Source: Ferroglobus placidus DSM 10642
Lineage (GTDB): Archaea; Halobacteriota; Archaeoglobi; Archaeoglobales; Archaeoglobaceae
Direction: 5' to 3'
Assembly: GCF_000025505.1 (NCBI RefSeq)
Contig: NC_013849.1
Coordinates: forward strand, 1,680,001-1,712,000
DNA length: 32,000 nt
The notes under the pieces: model-generated
Seen by the model: the letters and a program-made list of their open reading frames with translations, nothing else
What the model was told of the DNA's origin: nothing
The model's database searches: none
Shown here: in pieces, positions 16,158-24,084 of the stretch
Numbering within the stretch: position 1 is the first letter of the stretch
Layout of the letters: each line of letters begins with the position of its first letter
Program-made: the position numbers and the translations under genes

Positions 16158-17134
16158 GACTTCTTTCTACCTTTCTTTTCCTTCGGCTCCTCCTTCTTTT
16201 CTTCCACCTTCTCTTCTACTTCTTTCTCCTCATACAAAAGCTTTGCCAACTTGTAAAATCCTTTTACGTTGCTCGTTAAAGGATTGTCAGGCATGGTTAC
16301 CTCTCCTATTTCGCTGAAATGTCTCTGGAACTCTTCGTAAACTCCCGGAAGCATCGCTCCTCCTCCGCTCAAAACGAAATTCTCCACTATGCTTATGGAA
16401 AGTCCTTCGATCAGCATCTTCACTCTGCTCGATATTCTGTCTATCCAGCTTCTCATCAACCTTTCGTAGTCCTCTTTGATGTCCTCGTAGCTTATGCTTA
16501 TCTTCTTTCCACTCCTTATTCTCCCCACGGTCTTTTTCTCAACTAACAGCTTCGTCATTTCCTCCGGAGTTATGCTAACGCCAGTTTTGTTCCTTATCTC
16601 CAGCTCCAAGCTTTCGTAGATGTTGTCCACGCCTATGAGCAGAGTGTCTCCTTTTAGAAACTCCATGTCAACCAAAACCGCTACGTCAGTCGTGCCAAAG
16701 CCTATGTCCACGCAGACTCCGGTTTCGTAGTTCAGAAAAGCCAGGCTTCCAACTGGCTGAGGAAATATAACGACCTCCTTTTTCAAGCTTTCCTGAAGCT
16801 TGCTTTTAATCTCCTCCCTTTCCTTCCTTGAAGATTTCACGGGAAGTCCCGTTGCTACGAAATCTCCTTCCGCTTTCTTCAAAGCGTATTTCGCAAGCTC
16901 CACGTACGATTCGTGCATGATTCTGCCTTCGTGGAGGGGTCTTAGGATCTCCATGTCCTCGACGTTCTGAAAATGCACAGCTTCTTCTCCCACGTAAACG
17001 TCCTTTTCTTCTCCTTTCAGGCTCCAGTCCCTCTTTTTTCCGTAGGCGACTATGCTCGGAAATACGAAAACGTTCTCTCCGTCGTTCGTAACTTTCGTGT
17101 AGTTGGTTCCGATATCAAGTCCAACGAATTTCAT
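16154..17134 (-). CDS. actin-fold (ASKHA) ATPase, ParM / Ta0583-like, with a Lys/Glu-rich C-terminal tail
   Basis: Phosphate-1 'GLDIGTNYTKV', phosphate-2 'VCVDIGFGTTDVAV' and adenosine motif 'VLSGGGAMLPGV'. The ~25-aa tail is EEKEVEEKVEEKKEEPKEKKGRKKS. The ATG at 17134 is preferred, because the track start at 17149 is a TTG inside a duplicated 11-mer. Confidence 0.75.
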   Translation of the reverse strand: MKFVGLDIGTNYTKVTNDGENVFVFPSIVAYGKKRDWSLKGEEKDVYVGEEAVHFQNVEDMEILRPLHEGRIMHESYVELAKYALKKAEGDFVATGLPVKSSRKEREEIKSKLQESLKKEVVIFPQPVGSLAFLNYETGVCVDIGFGTTDVAVLVDMEFLKGDTLLIGVDNIYESLELEIRNKTGVSITPEEMTKLLVEKKTVGRIRSGKKISISYEDIKEDYERLMRSWIDRISSRVKMLIEGLSISIVENFVLSGGGAMLPGVYEEFQRHFSEIGEVTMPDNPLTSNVKGFYKLAKLLYEEKEVEEKVEEKKEEPKEKKGRKKS

Positions 17135-17148
17135 TGAAACGAATTTCA
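17123..17148. repeat. tandem direct repeat AACGAATTTCA x2 (15-bp period) spanning the actin-like gene start
   Basis: Exact 11-mers at 17123-17133 and 17138-17148, which cause the duplicated 'MKFV' in the ORF track. GAAAC pentamers recur at 17136, 17153 and 17174. Confidence 0.6.
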
Positions 17149-17161
17149 AAGCGAAACAATA

Positions 17162-17169
17162 AAAATTTT
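17162..17169. promoter_or_regulatory. palindromic AT element AAAATTTT, candidate shared bidirectional TATA box
   Basis: It is the only AT-rich element in the ~50-bp divergent gap. It is centred ~31 nt from the ATG at 17134 (minus) and ~24 nt from the in-frame GTG at 17189 (plus). That spacing would make both mRNAs leaderless or nearly so. A second TATA-like run (ctatatattt, ~17195-17204) is an alternative. Confidence 0.3.
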
Positions 17170-18202
17170 GTCGGAAACATTAAGAATCGTGCACCTCTAT
17201 ATATTTCCTGAGAAGGACTCGGAGAAAATTCTTGCGAGTCTGAAGAATCTAAAGCCAGCTTTTAAAGCTGAGAAAAACTACGAGGTTTTTGCTGTGAGCG
17301 ACGACGGAAGAGTTATGGCTGGAAAATACAAGAAAACGTTTTTCGTTCTTTCTGAAGAAGATCTCGTCTTTCCTGTAGAACCGCTTGAGTCTTACCGAAT
17401 AATTTTCGGAGATTACGGCGAAGCAAAGTTTGAGAATAGTACTGTTTACGTTCCTCGGGAAAAGAGCGAAATCGTTTTACGAAATCTCGTCCCCTTTTTA
17501 TCCGAAATAACGGTAGCTAAGATTCTGATTAAAGATGCGAGGCTCAGGGCTGAGCATTTAACTAAAGAGGAGACGAAAATAATCTCGGAGGTTACGAAAA
17601 TTCTTGAAGGGGCGAAAACTCTAAGCGTTTCGAAGCTTGAAGAACTTGCCTATTCGATTTCCTCGCTAAAAGGATCGTTTTTTTCCGCTTACATGCAGTT
17701 TAAAGACGAGCTCGAAGAAATCTCATCTTCTTTGATCAGAGCTGAAGAACATTCGGGAGAACTTGGTTTCGCTGAGCTAATTTCTAGTCTAAGGTCTCAG
17801 CTTCGAGCCCTTCGCCAATACGAATCGAGCTTCGAATCCACTCTCAGCGGCGTGAGGGATGCCCTCGACACGGTTCATTTAAAATTGGAGTCCCTCCACA
17901 GAAAGGAAAATCTTGAGCTTCAGAGGAAAACCTCTTCTCTTCAAGCGGCAGCAGCCGTTATAGAGTTTATCGCCGTCTTCTACTACTCCATGGGAATCTG
18001 GAGCAAATACGCTAATTTAGAAGAGATTCCTAAGTGGATTTCCTTTTCTTTGCTTGCGATTCTCTCGACTTTAGTTGTCATCTGCACGGAAGCTGTCGGA
18101 GAAGTTTTAACGAGTAAGAAGCTAAACGGGAGGTTTTACGTAGTTACGACTCTTTTAATTCTCGTCATCATTGCGATGCTCCTTGTTACTGTCTATTATT
18201 GA
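17168..18202 (+). CDS. coiled-coil protein with three C-terminal TM helices (CorA-like overall shape, no GMN motif)
   Basis: 344 aa. A soluble alpha/beta N-terminal domain is followed by a long heptad-like helical region (residues ~120-250). It ends in TM helices AAAAVIEFIAVFYYSMGIW, WISFSLLAILSTLVVICTEAV and FYVVTTLLILVIIAMLLVTVYY. The start is uncertain: TTG 17168 or GTG 17189, with the first ATG far downstream. Confidence 0.6.
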   Translation: MSETLRIVHLYIFPEKDSEKILASLKNLKPAFKAEKNYEVFAVSDDGRVMAGKYKKTFFVLSEEDLVFPVEPLESYRIIFGDYGEAKFENSTVYVPREKSEIVLRNLVPFLSEITVAKILIKDARLRAEHLTKEETKIISEVTKILEGAKTLSVSKLEELAYSISSLKGSFFSAYMQFKDELEEISSSLIRAEEHSGELGFAELISSLRSQLRALRQYESSFESTLSGVRDALDTVHLKLESLHRKENLELQRKTSSLQAAAAVIEFIAVFYYSMGIWSKYANLEEIPKWISFSLLAILSTLVVICTEAVGEVLTSKKLNGRFYVVTTLLILVIIAMLLVTVYY

Positions 18203-18380
18203 GGAGCTTTAAGGCTTTCAATCGATCTTCTATCATTTTCAGATGTTCCCTCTCCTGAGAAATTAGATAATCGAGAAGCTCCGATGTCAGAGGATCGGCG
18301 TTTTTCTTCATTTCGTTGTACTCCTTAATAGCCTGAACTTCCAACTGCTTAGCTCTTTCTAAAATTTGTTCGGGAGTCAT
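18186..18380 (-). CDS. small two-helix ferritin/rubrerythrin-like protein (single E ... ExxH half-site)
   Basis: 64 aa from the ATG at 18380 (MTPEQILERAKQLEVQAIKEYNEM...SQEREHLKMIEDRL). Helix A has E-x-x-A-x-x-x-Y and helix B has E-x-x-H. The 3' end overlaps the convergent membrane-protein gene by 17 nt. Confidence 0.4.
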   Translation of the reverse strand: MTPEQILERAKQLEVQAIKEYNEMKKNADPLTSELLDYLISQEREHLKMIEDRLKALKLLNNRQ

Positions 18381-18422
18381 GGAGTAAAAATTGGTTTCAA
18401 AAAACAAAAACTTTTTCCAGAA

Positions 18423-19037
18423 TTAAAGCTCTGCCTCGAAATCTTCCACTCTGTAGGGGAATTCCGTGAAACCCCTGTTTCTCAAAACTTCCCTTGCGAG
18501 AATCCAGTAAACCAAGGCTAAGGCTTTCCTTCCTTTGTTGTTCGTCGGGATTACGAAGTCGATGTTGGCTGTGTTGTTGTTTGTATCGCATAAGGCAACC
18601 ACCGGAATTCCCACTTCTGATGCTTCTATAACCGCTTGTTTGTCTATGGCCGGATCCGTAACGATAACGATTTCCGGCTCTTTGTACTCTTTAAGAGCCG
18701 GATTCGTCAAAGTCCCGGGAATGAATCTTCCAACAACGTACTCGGCTCCGGTAACCTTAGCGAACATCATCACAGGTTTTTGACCGTACTGCCTTGCTGC
18801 CACTGCTAAAACTTTGCTCGGCTCGTACCTCGCGAGAAGCTTTCCCGCCAGCTTTAATCTCTCGTCGAGCATTCTTATGTCGAGTATGTATAAACCGTCC
18901 TGCCTGACTTTGTAGATGAACCTCTTCATGTCTCCGGTTTTTATCTGCGTACCTATGTGCACTCCGGCAGCTAAGTACTCGTCTGGAGGAACGAGATATT
19001 CGTAACCTTCATCTTCCCTCATTAACTTCCCTTTCAT
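18423..19037 (-). CDS. rps2: 30S ribosomal protein S2 (uS2)
   Basis: '[11 protein letters not shown]' and full-length uS2-like sequence. The ATG at 19037 overlaps the enolase stop (ATGA); the track start at 19046 is a GTG. Confidence 0.9.
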   Translation of the reverse strand: MKGKLMREDEGYEYLVPPDEYLAAGVHIGTQIKTGDMKRFIYKVRQDGLYILDIRMLDERLKLAGKLLARYEPSKVLAVAARQYGQKPVMMFAKVTGAEYVVGRFIPGTLTNPALKEYKEPEIVIVTDPAIDKQAVIEASEVGIPVVALCDTNNNTANIDFVIPTNNKGRKALALVYWILAREVLRNRGFTEFPYRVEDFEAEL

Positions 19038-20242
19038 CTCAACCACCTTATCTTGGTCATCGTCATGTAATCTTCATCTTCAATTCTGATTAGTTCGTTC
19101 AACTTGGCAATTCTCTCCCCGCCAACAACTCCGCACTTTATTAATGTTGCGTTGAAAGCTACGCTGAGGTGAGCAATCGTTTCATCTTCAGTTTCTCCGC
19201 TTCTGTGAGAAACTACGATGTCGTAATCGTTATCCTTAGCAACTTTCACAGCTTTGAATGTATCTGTTAAAGTTCCTATCTGGTTTGGTTTGATTAAAAC
19301 CGTGTTTGCAGCTCCGATCTCTATTCCCTTTTCTATCCTCTTAACGTTAGTAACGAAGAGGTCGTCTCCGCATACCATGCAGTTTACACTTTTTGTCAAC
19401 TCAGCGAATCCTTCGAAATCCTCTTCGTGAAGTGGGTCTTCGACGTAGAGGAGGTTATATTTGTCGATTAGTTCGGCTATGTAGGAGATCTGTTCTTCTC
19501 TACTCAACTTCTTGTCTCTGTAAACGTAATGTTCTCCGTCCCAAAGCTCGGTTGCAGCCACGTCCACTCCCATTCTTATCTCGAAACCAACCTCATCTTC
19601 AACAAAGCTTATGGCTTCGCTTAGGATCTCGAAAGCTTCCTCGTCTGTTATCTGAGCTGCCCAAGCCCCTTCATCTCCCTTTGCCGCAAATATTCCCTTC
19701 TTTTTGAAAATCTCTTTCAACTTTCTGTGGACTAATGCATTCGCTCTCTGAGCGTCGAAAAACGTTTCAGCTCCGACTGGAATTACCAAGAATTCCTGAA
19801 TGCTCGTCGAATTTTCCGCGTGAGCTCCTCCTCCGATAACGTTTCCGAGAGGATACGGAAGTTCCTTGGCAAAAGCTCCGCCGAGATATTCGTATAACTT
19901 CAAACCAAGGGAGTTTGCCGCTGCTTTAGCCGCTGCCAAGCTTGCGGCTATGGCAAAATTCCCTCCGATGCTTGAGAAGTTTTCGGTTCCGTCTTCTTCC
20001 CTCAAAGCTTTGTCTATTTCTTGCTGATCGAAAACGTATAAGCCCACTAAAGCTTTAGAAACCCTCTCCTCTATCTCCTCTATTTTGTAAGGGTCAACTG
20101 CAACAGCTTCATTGCTCCCGGTTGAAGCTCCGCTCGGAGCTATAGCTCTGCCGTAAGAGTTTTCGGTAATGACGACGCATTCCACCGTCTCCTTCCCTCT
20201 GCTGTCAAAAACTATTCTGTAGAAAACATCCTCTATTACCAA
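19034..20242 (-). CDS. eno: enolase (phosphopyruvate hydratase)
   Basis: 402 aa with '[18 protein letters not shown]', 'IKPNQIGT' and the N-terminal 'DSRGKETVE'. Confidence 0.9.
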   Translation of the reverse strand: MVIEDVFYRIVFDSRGKETVECVVITENSYGRAIAPSGASTGSNEAVAVDPYKIEEIEERVSKALVGLYVFDQQEIDKALREEDGTENFSSIGGNFAIAASLAAAKAAANSLGLKLYEYLGGAFAKELPYPLGNVIGGGAHAENSTSIQEFLVIPVGAETFFDAQRANALVHRKLKEIFKKKGIFAAKGDEGAWAAQITDEEAFEILSEAISFVEDEVGFEIRMGVDVAATELWDGEHYVYRDKKLSREEQISYIAELIDKYNLLYVEDPLHEEDFEGFAELTKSVNCMVCGDDLFVTNVKRIEKGIEIGAANTVLIKPNQIGTLTDTFKAVKVAKDNDYDIVVSHRSGETEDETIAHLSVAFNATLIKCGVVGGERIAKLNELIRIEDEDYMTMTKIRWLR

Positions 20243-20251
20243 GCTATCACC

Positions 20252-20473
20252 TCAGAATAAGTCGTATCTCTGCAGCCAGACAAAAGCACTCCTCCTCCTT
20301 TTAACGGTTATCGGGATAACTCCCCTTTCAAATTCCTCCTTAGCAATTTCGAGAGGATCGGTTTTGTCGGTTTCGATTAAAACGGGAGCGCCCATAGCTA
20401 TTTGTAAAGCCCTCGCTCCGATAATTCTTGCCTTTTCGAACCTCGTGTATTCAAACGGAAACAGCTTTTTCAC
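20252..20473 (-). CDS. rpoK: DNA-directed RNA polymerase subunit K (Rpo6)
   Basis: '[21 protein letters not shown]' core. GTG start with GGGGGGAG ~6 nt upstream. Confidence 0.85.
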   Translation of the reverse strand: MKKLFPFEYTRFEKARIIGARALQIAMGAPVLIETDKTDPLEIAKEEFERGVIPITVKRRRSAFVWLQRYDLF

Positions 20474-20499
20474 GAATCTCCCCCCAAATTAAAGGGAAA

Positions 20500-20573
20500 T
20501 GGGGCCGCCGAGATTTGAACTCGGGTCACGGCGCCCCGAACGCCGCAGGATATCCAGGCTACCCTACGGCCCC
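20500..20573 (-). tRNA. tRNA-Pro (anticodon CGG)
   Basis: The minus strand reads GGGGCCG-TA-GGGTAGCCTGGATATCCTG-CGGCG-TTCGGGG-CGCCG-TGAC-CCGAG-TTCAAAT-CTCGG-CGGCCCC-A. This gives a 7-bp acceptor stem, 5-bp anticodon and T stems, a TTCAAAT T-loop, and U33-CGG-G37. CCA is not encoded. Length 74 nt. Confidence 0.9.
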
Positions 20574-20782
20574 TCCTCTTCGAAGCTTATAACTCCTCTA
20601 TACCTCGCCAGCTCCTCAACAACCGATTTGTGGGTGAAGAACATCCTCCTGCAACAATACCTCTCGATGCCGAGAGAGTCTAAAGCCTCCCTCGGCGACT
20701 TACCTTCGGAAAGCAGCCTCTTATACTCCTCCCACTTATGAGCTATTACGGCTCCGCAGGTGAAGCACCTTACGGGAAACAT
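20564..20782 (-). CDS. rpoN: DNA-directed RNA polymerase subunit N (Rpo10)
   Basis: 'MFPVRCFTCG' and 'RYCCRRM' zinc-binding motifs. The ORF reads into the first 10 nt of tRNA-Pro before its TAG stop. Confidence 0.85.
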   Translation of the reverse strand: MFPVRCFTCGAVIAHKWEEYKRLLSEGKSPREALDSLGIERYCCRRMFFTHKSVVEELARYRGVISFEEEGP

Positions 20783-20789
20783 TAAAAGG

Positions 20790-21188
20790 TCACCTGTAAG
20801 AAGTTTGCCTCCTCTTTCTCGCTCCTCTTCCTCCCTGCTTCTTCGGCTCCTTTCTCCTCGTGTCGTTCACGAGCAGAGTTCTGTCGTATTCGAGGAACGC
20901 TCTCTTCAACTCTGGATCCTGGCTAAATTCCAGTAAAGCTCTCGCTATCGCCGTTCTTGCCGCTTCAGCCTGACCCATGAATCCTCCTCCTTCCACTTTC
21001 ACGTCGATGTCTACTTGCTTCGCAAGCTCCTTAGCTATTAGCAACGGCTCCATTATCTTCATTCTCGCCATTTCTGGCTGGTAGATTTCGATCGGTATCT
21101 TGTTAATCCTTACTCTTCCCTTTCCCGGCTTTATCGTCGCTCTCGCCACCGCTGTCTTTCTCTTGCCGCTCGTAACTATCACCTTCAT
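20790..21188 (-). CDS. rps9: 30S ribosomal protein S9 (uS9)
   Basis: 132 aa with '[10 protein letters not shown]', '[19 protein letters not shown]' and a C-terminal basic tail ending in YR. Confidence 0.9.
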   Translation of the reverse strand: MKVIVTSGKRKTAVARATIKPGKGRVRINKIPIEIYQPEMARMKIMEPLLIAKELAKQVDIDVKVEGGGFMGQAEAARTAIARALLEFSQDPELKRAFLEYDRTLLVNDTRRKEPKKQGGRGARKRRQTSYR

Positions 21189-21658
21189 TTTCTCACCTCG
21201 AATCCCAGATACCTACTGACATCCTCAAGGTATACGTATTTATCGGTCTTACAAACGTTTTCGAAATAAGCCGAATCAACTTTTTCGAATTCCACGCCTT
21301 CCAACTCCTTAGGAACTCCCATGAAAACTCTCAGCCTTCTGTAAGCTTCCCTTCCTCTCCTCGTTTTCCACGGGAGCATGCCTCTTACGGTCCTCTTGAA
21401 TATCTTCTCCGGATGTCTCGGGAAGTAAGGTCCTTTCTCCTTGCTTCCTCTGTCGTACTTTTCTTTATACCTTTTGAAAACCATGTCTCTGTCTCCAGTT
21501 ATAATCGCTTTCTCCGCGTTGACGACAACTATTTTCTCTCCGTTGAGCAGTCTTTTAGCTATAACGCTTGCCAATCTACCAAGCACGTGGTTTGAAGCGT
21601 CTATAACCTTGAAATCGTCTCCAAGGGTTTTCAGAACTCTCTTAACGCTTACACTCAT
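21185..21658 (-). CDS. rpl13: 50S ribosomal protein L13 (uL13)
   Basis: 157 aa with '[21 protein letters not shown]' and '[12 protein letters not shown]'. It overlaps the rps9 start by 4 nt. Confidence 0.9.
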   Translation of the reverse strand: MSVSVKRVLKTLGDDFKVIDASNHVLGRLASVIAKRLLNGEKIVVVNAEKAIITGDRDMVFKRYKEKYDRGSKEKGPYFPRHPEKIFKRTVRGMLPWKTRRGREAYRRLRVFMGVPKELEGVEFEKVDSAYFENVCKTDKYVYLEDVSRYLGFEVRK

Positions 21659-21667
21659 ACTACCACC

Positions 21668-22051
21668 TCACACGAGAATTCGCACGTTGCTACCCTTCGG
21701 GTTCTCTTTGATTAATTCTTCTATGCTCATGCACCTTCCTCCAGCTTCCTCGATTTTTCTCTTAGCGCTCTCCGAGAATTTGAACGCTGCAACCTTCACA
21801 GCTCTGCTGATCTCTCCGGCTCCGAGCACTTTGCCCGGAATCAACGCTATCTCATTATCCTTTAGATGCCTCTCGATCTTTCCTACGTTCACTTCCGCCA
21901 TGTGTTTTGTCGGCTTAGCCAGTCTCTCGGCTACGTCCTTCCAAATCTTCGCTTTGTTTTCAGCCGAGGCTTTAAGCAATGTATCGATCAGCCTTACGAG
22001 ATTCGGATTCGTCTTCCTTCTGACGACTTTTCTAATCTTGCTCATAACCAC
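21668..22051 (-). CDS. rpl18e: 50S ribosomal protein L18e
   Basis: 127 aa with 'RRKTNPNLVRLI', 'VNVGKIERH' and 'IPGKVLGAGEI'. It is the first gene of the L18e-L13-S9-RpoN cluster. Confidence 0.85.
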   Translation of the reverse strand: MVMSKIRKVVRRKTNPNLVRLIDTLLKASAENKAKIWKDVAERLAKPTKHMAEVNVGKIERHLKDNEIALIPGKVLGAGEISRAVKVAAFKFSESAKRKIEEAGGRCMSIEELIKENPKGSNVRILV

Positions 22052-22085
22052 TCACCGGCGATTAGAATTTACCGAAATGGGAGGA

Positions 22086-22093
22086 TATTTAAA
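22086..22093 (-). promoter_or_regulatory. candidate TATA box of the L18e ribosomal/RNAP operon
   Basis: The minus strand reads TTTAAATA, centred ~39 nt upstream of the ATG at 22051. The predicted short leader contains GGTGAG. Confidence 0.4.
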
Positions 22094-22625
22094 GCTAACT
22101 CACGGTATTTAAGTGTTGCACCTTTTTGTTCCGTTAATTTATTGTTGGTGGGAATGAAAAATTATCGAGTATTCGCTTTCACACTACTGGAAAAAATGAA
22201 TCTTAAGTAAATTTAGTCCGATTAGTTTTCGAGTTAATTCCACAAACTTGCAGAACAGATTCCAGTTTACAATCGGATTCTCAGCTGTAATCGAGCAGAA
22301 GAAGATGAGAGAGCTGAACACGGATTCAACCAAGTTCCTTCTTTGCATCACTATAGGAGGCTTTGTGGGATTCGGAGAGAATCTTAGTTATCCTCCTGAC
22401 CTCCTGAAAGATACTGTCTGAAAGTAAACGGCTGTGCTAAGAACTCTTCTTCAGAAATCTTATTTCTCTCAAATATTGTTAGTTATTTGACTAGATATAT
22501 TATCATAATCTTAAGTATATTTATCTTTATAAAATTATTAGTATATACTATCACGCTATGCTCTAAACAGAAAATTTTTTAAGGAAAGAAGTAATGAAAG
22601 CTGAGTAAAAGTGTAAGGTGTGTGA

Positions 22626-23540
22626 ATGAAGAAAGCACTTGTGATTGGAATATGCTTGTTGATAGTAGTAGGAATAGTAGGAGTGGTCTCGGGGGAAACT
22701 AATAAGGAAAATAAGAATGAAATTATCGAATTGAAGCGTTTGTTTCAGCCAATAGATTCTGAAGCACGCAGGTATTTAGTGGACGAGCGTTCTTCAGAAG
22801 AACTAAATATCTTTGCCAAATATTTGGTGAAAAAGTACGATAAGTGTCTAGATGTCATTACAGATAAATTAGAGAAAATTGCTGGAAAGAGTTTAACACA
22901 AAAAGAGAAAGAGAAATTTAAGTATCTACTGATAAGGGAGTATTTAAGTAAGATAGATCAGGAACTGGGACTTAAACTTACTAATACCTCCAAAGAAATA
23001 GTGAAACTGGTTCCAATTGGTACTTTCAGAGATTCTCAATATAGTTATAAAATCTATTATGCACCATTAAGTAGTAGCGTACCTTATCCGATATATTATT
23101 GGATACAAGTTTATCCAGATGTTTACGGAGGTAAAGGAACCGATGATGCTGGAAATAGATATGACGTTAATGGAGACAATAATTTATACCAAGTTTCTGC
23201 CGAGTATACAACAAATTATGTAAAATATACCTTGTATTTCAAAGATGAAGACCATCCAGATCCAACATGGGATGCAATCTACGATGCTTGGAGAAAACTA
23301 TGGTACGGCAGAATTGAGGACATAGAAAGCTTCACTGTAGAAAATGGTGTAATAAACTTTGATGATATATGGGATAATGATAAAACATATGCAGAATGGT
23401 GGGGACAGCACGGTGATAAAACGCGCGATTATACCAGTAATACTGCAGTATATATTAGTAATGTATGGAACCATGCTATGGATACCTTAGACAAAAATCC
23501 AAGTATGAATAAAGTCTGGTGGTATATATCTTGGTCTTAA
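22626..23540 (+). CDS. orphan secreted or membrane-anchored protein with a W/Y/D/N-rich C-terminal domain
   Basis: 304 aa. N-terminal signal/anchor MKKALVIGICLLIVVGIVGVVSG. AGGTG lies 5 nt upstream of the ATG. AT-rich codon usage. No family recognised. Confidence 0.6.
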   Translation: MKKALVIGICLLIVVGIVGVVSGETNKENKNEIIELKRLFQPIDSEARRYLVDERSSEELNIFAKYLVKKYDKCLDVITDKLEKIAGKSLTQKEKEKFKYLLIREYLSKIDQELGLKLTNTSKEIVKLVPIGTFRDSQYSYKIYYAPLSSSVPYPIYYWIQVYPDVYGGKGTDDAGNRYDVNGDNNLYQVSAEYTTNYVKYTLYFKDEDHPDPTWDAIYDAWRKLWYGRIEDIESFTVENGVINFDDIWDNDKTYAEWWGQHGDKTRDYTSNTAVYISNVWNHAMDTLDKNPSMNKVWWYISWS

Positions 23541-23585
23541 TCTTTATTTAATTTTTATTAATTATTTTTAATTTAGGTGTAAAAC

Positions 23586-23930
23586 ATGAAAATTTATAAA
23601 GTACTAAGCTTGTTGCTGATAGCTGTACTTGGAATTTCGTTTATAAGTAAGATTTTTATAGCTTATTTAAATCCTGAAATTTTCTTTTTTGGTGAAAAAT
23701 TGGGTGGTGACAAAGCAAGAATTTATCTGTTAGCAAATGCTTTGGTTGGTATTTTTTTGGTAGCGTTGCTTTTAAAAAAGGATTATTGGAAAGGTACAGT
23801 TTTAGCCATCTTATATTTCGGGTATAATGCATGCGAAGGATACATATCTTACCAAACAGTAACACCATTTACGCTACTCTCACTTCTTCTACCAATCTTA
23901 ACATTAATACTCCTTAAGCTCGACATATAA
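23586..23930 (+). CDS. small polytopic (~4 TM) membrane protein, orphan
   Basis: 114 aa with four hydrophobic segments. AGGTG lies 6 nt upstream of the ATG. Same AT-rich composition as the upstream gene. Confidence 0.5.
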   Translation: MKIYKVLSLLLIAVLGISFISKIFIAYLNPEIFFFGEKLGGDKARIYLLANALVGIFLVALLLKKDYWKGTVLAILYFGYNACEGYISYQTVTPFTLLSLLLPILTLILLKLDI

Positions 23931-24084
23931 AATCAAATAGCTAGTTCGCAAATCTTTGCCTTGCTTCGGTGATATCTAGTTCGGACAACAGGCAACAATC
24001 TGCCACAGTTTTAATTCGTCTAAATTCTCGCCTTACGACTTGGACTTCAGAATCTTTTTATATTAATCCAAAGGAAAGGCATGC

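Noticed and set aside
22305-22421. A 38-codon ORF (MRELNTDSTKFLLCITIGGFVGFGENLSYPPDLLKDTV) in the gap upstream of the L18e operon.
   Set aside because: It is too short, with no ribosome-binding motif or recognisable family. It cannot be distinguished from a random ORF without expression or conservation data.
22490-23980. A 9-bp inverted repeat ACTAGATAT / ATATCTAGT near both edges of the AT-rich islet, considered as possible terminal inverted repeats of a mobile element.
   Set aside because: It is only 9 bp and the match does not extend. No transposase is present. In AT-rich sequence this is chance level. The CTTCAGAA(A)TCTT direct repeat is reported instead, with caution.
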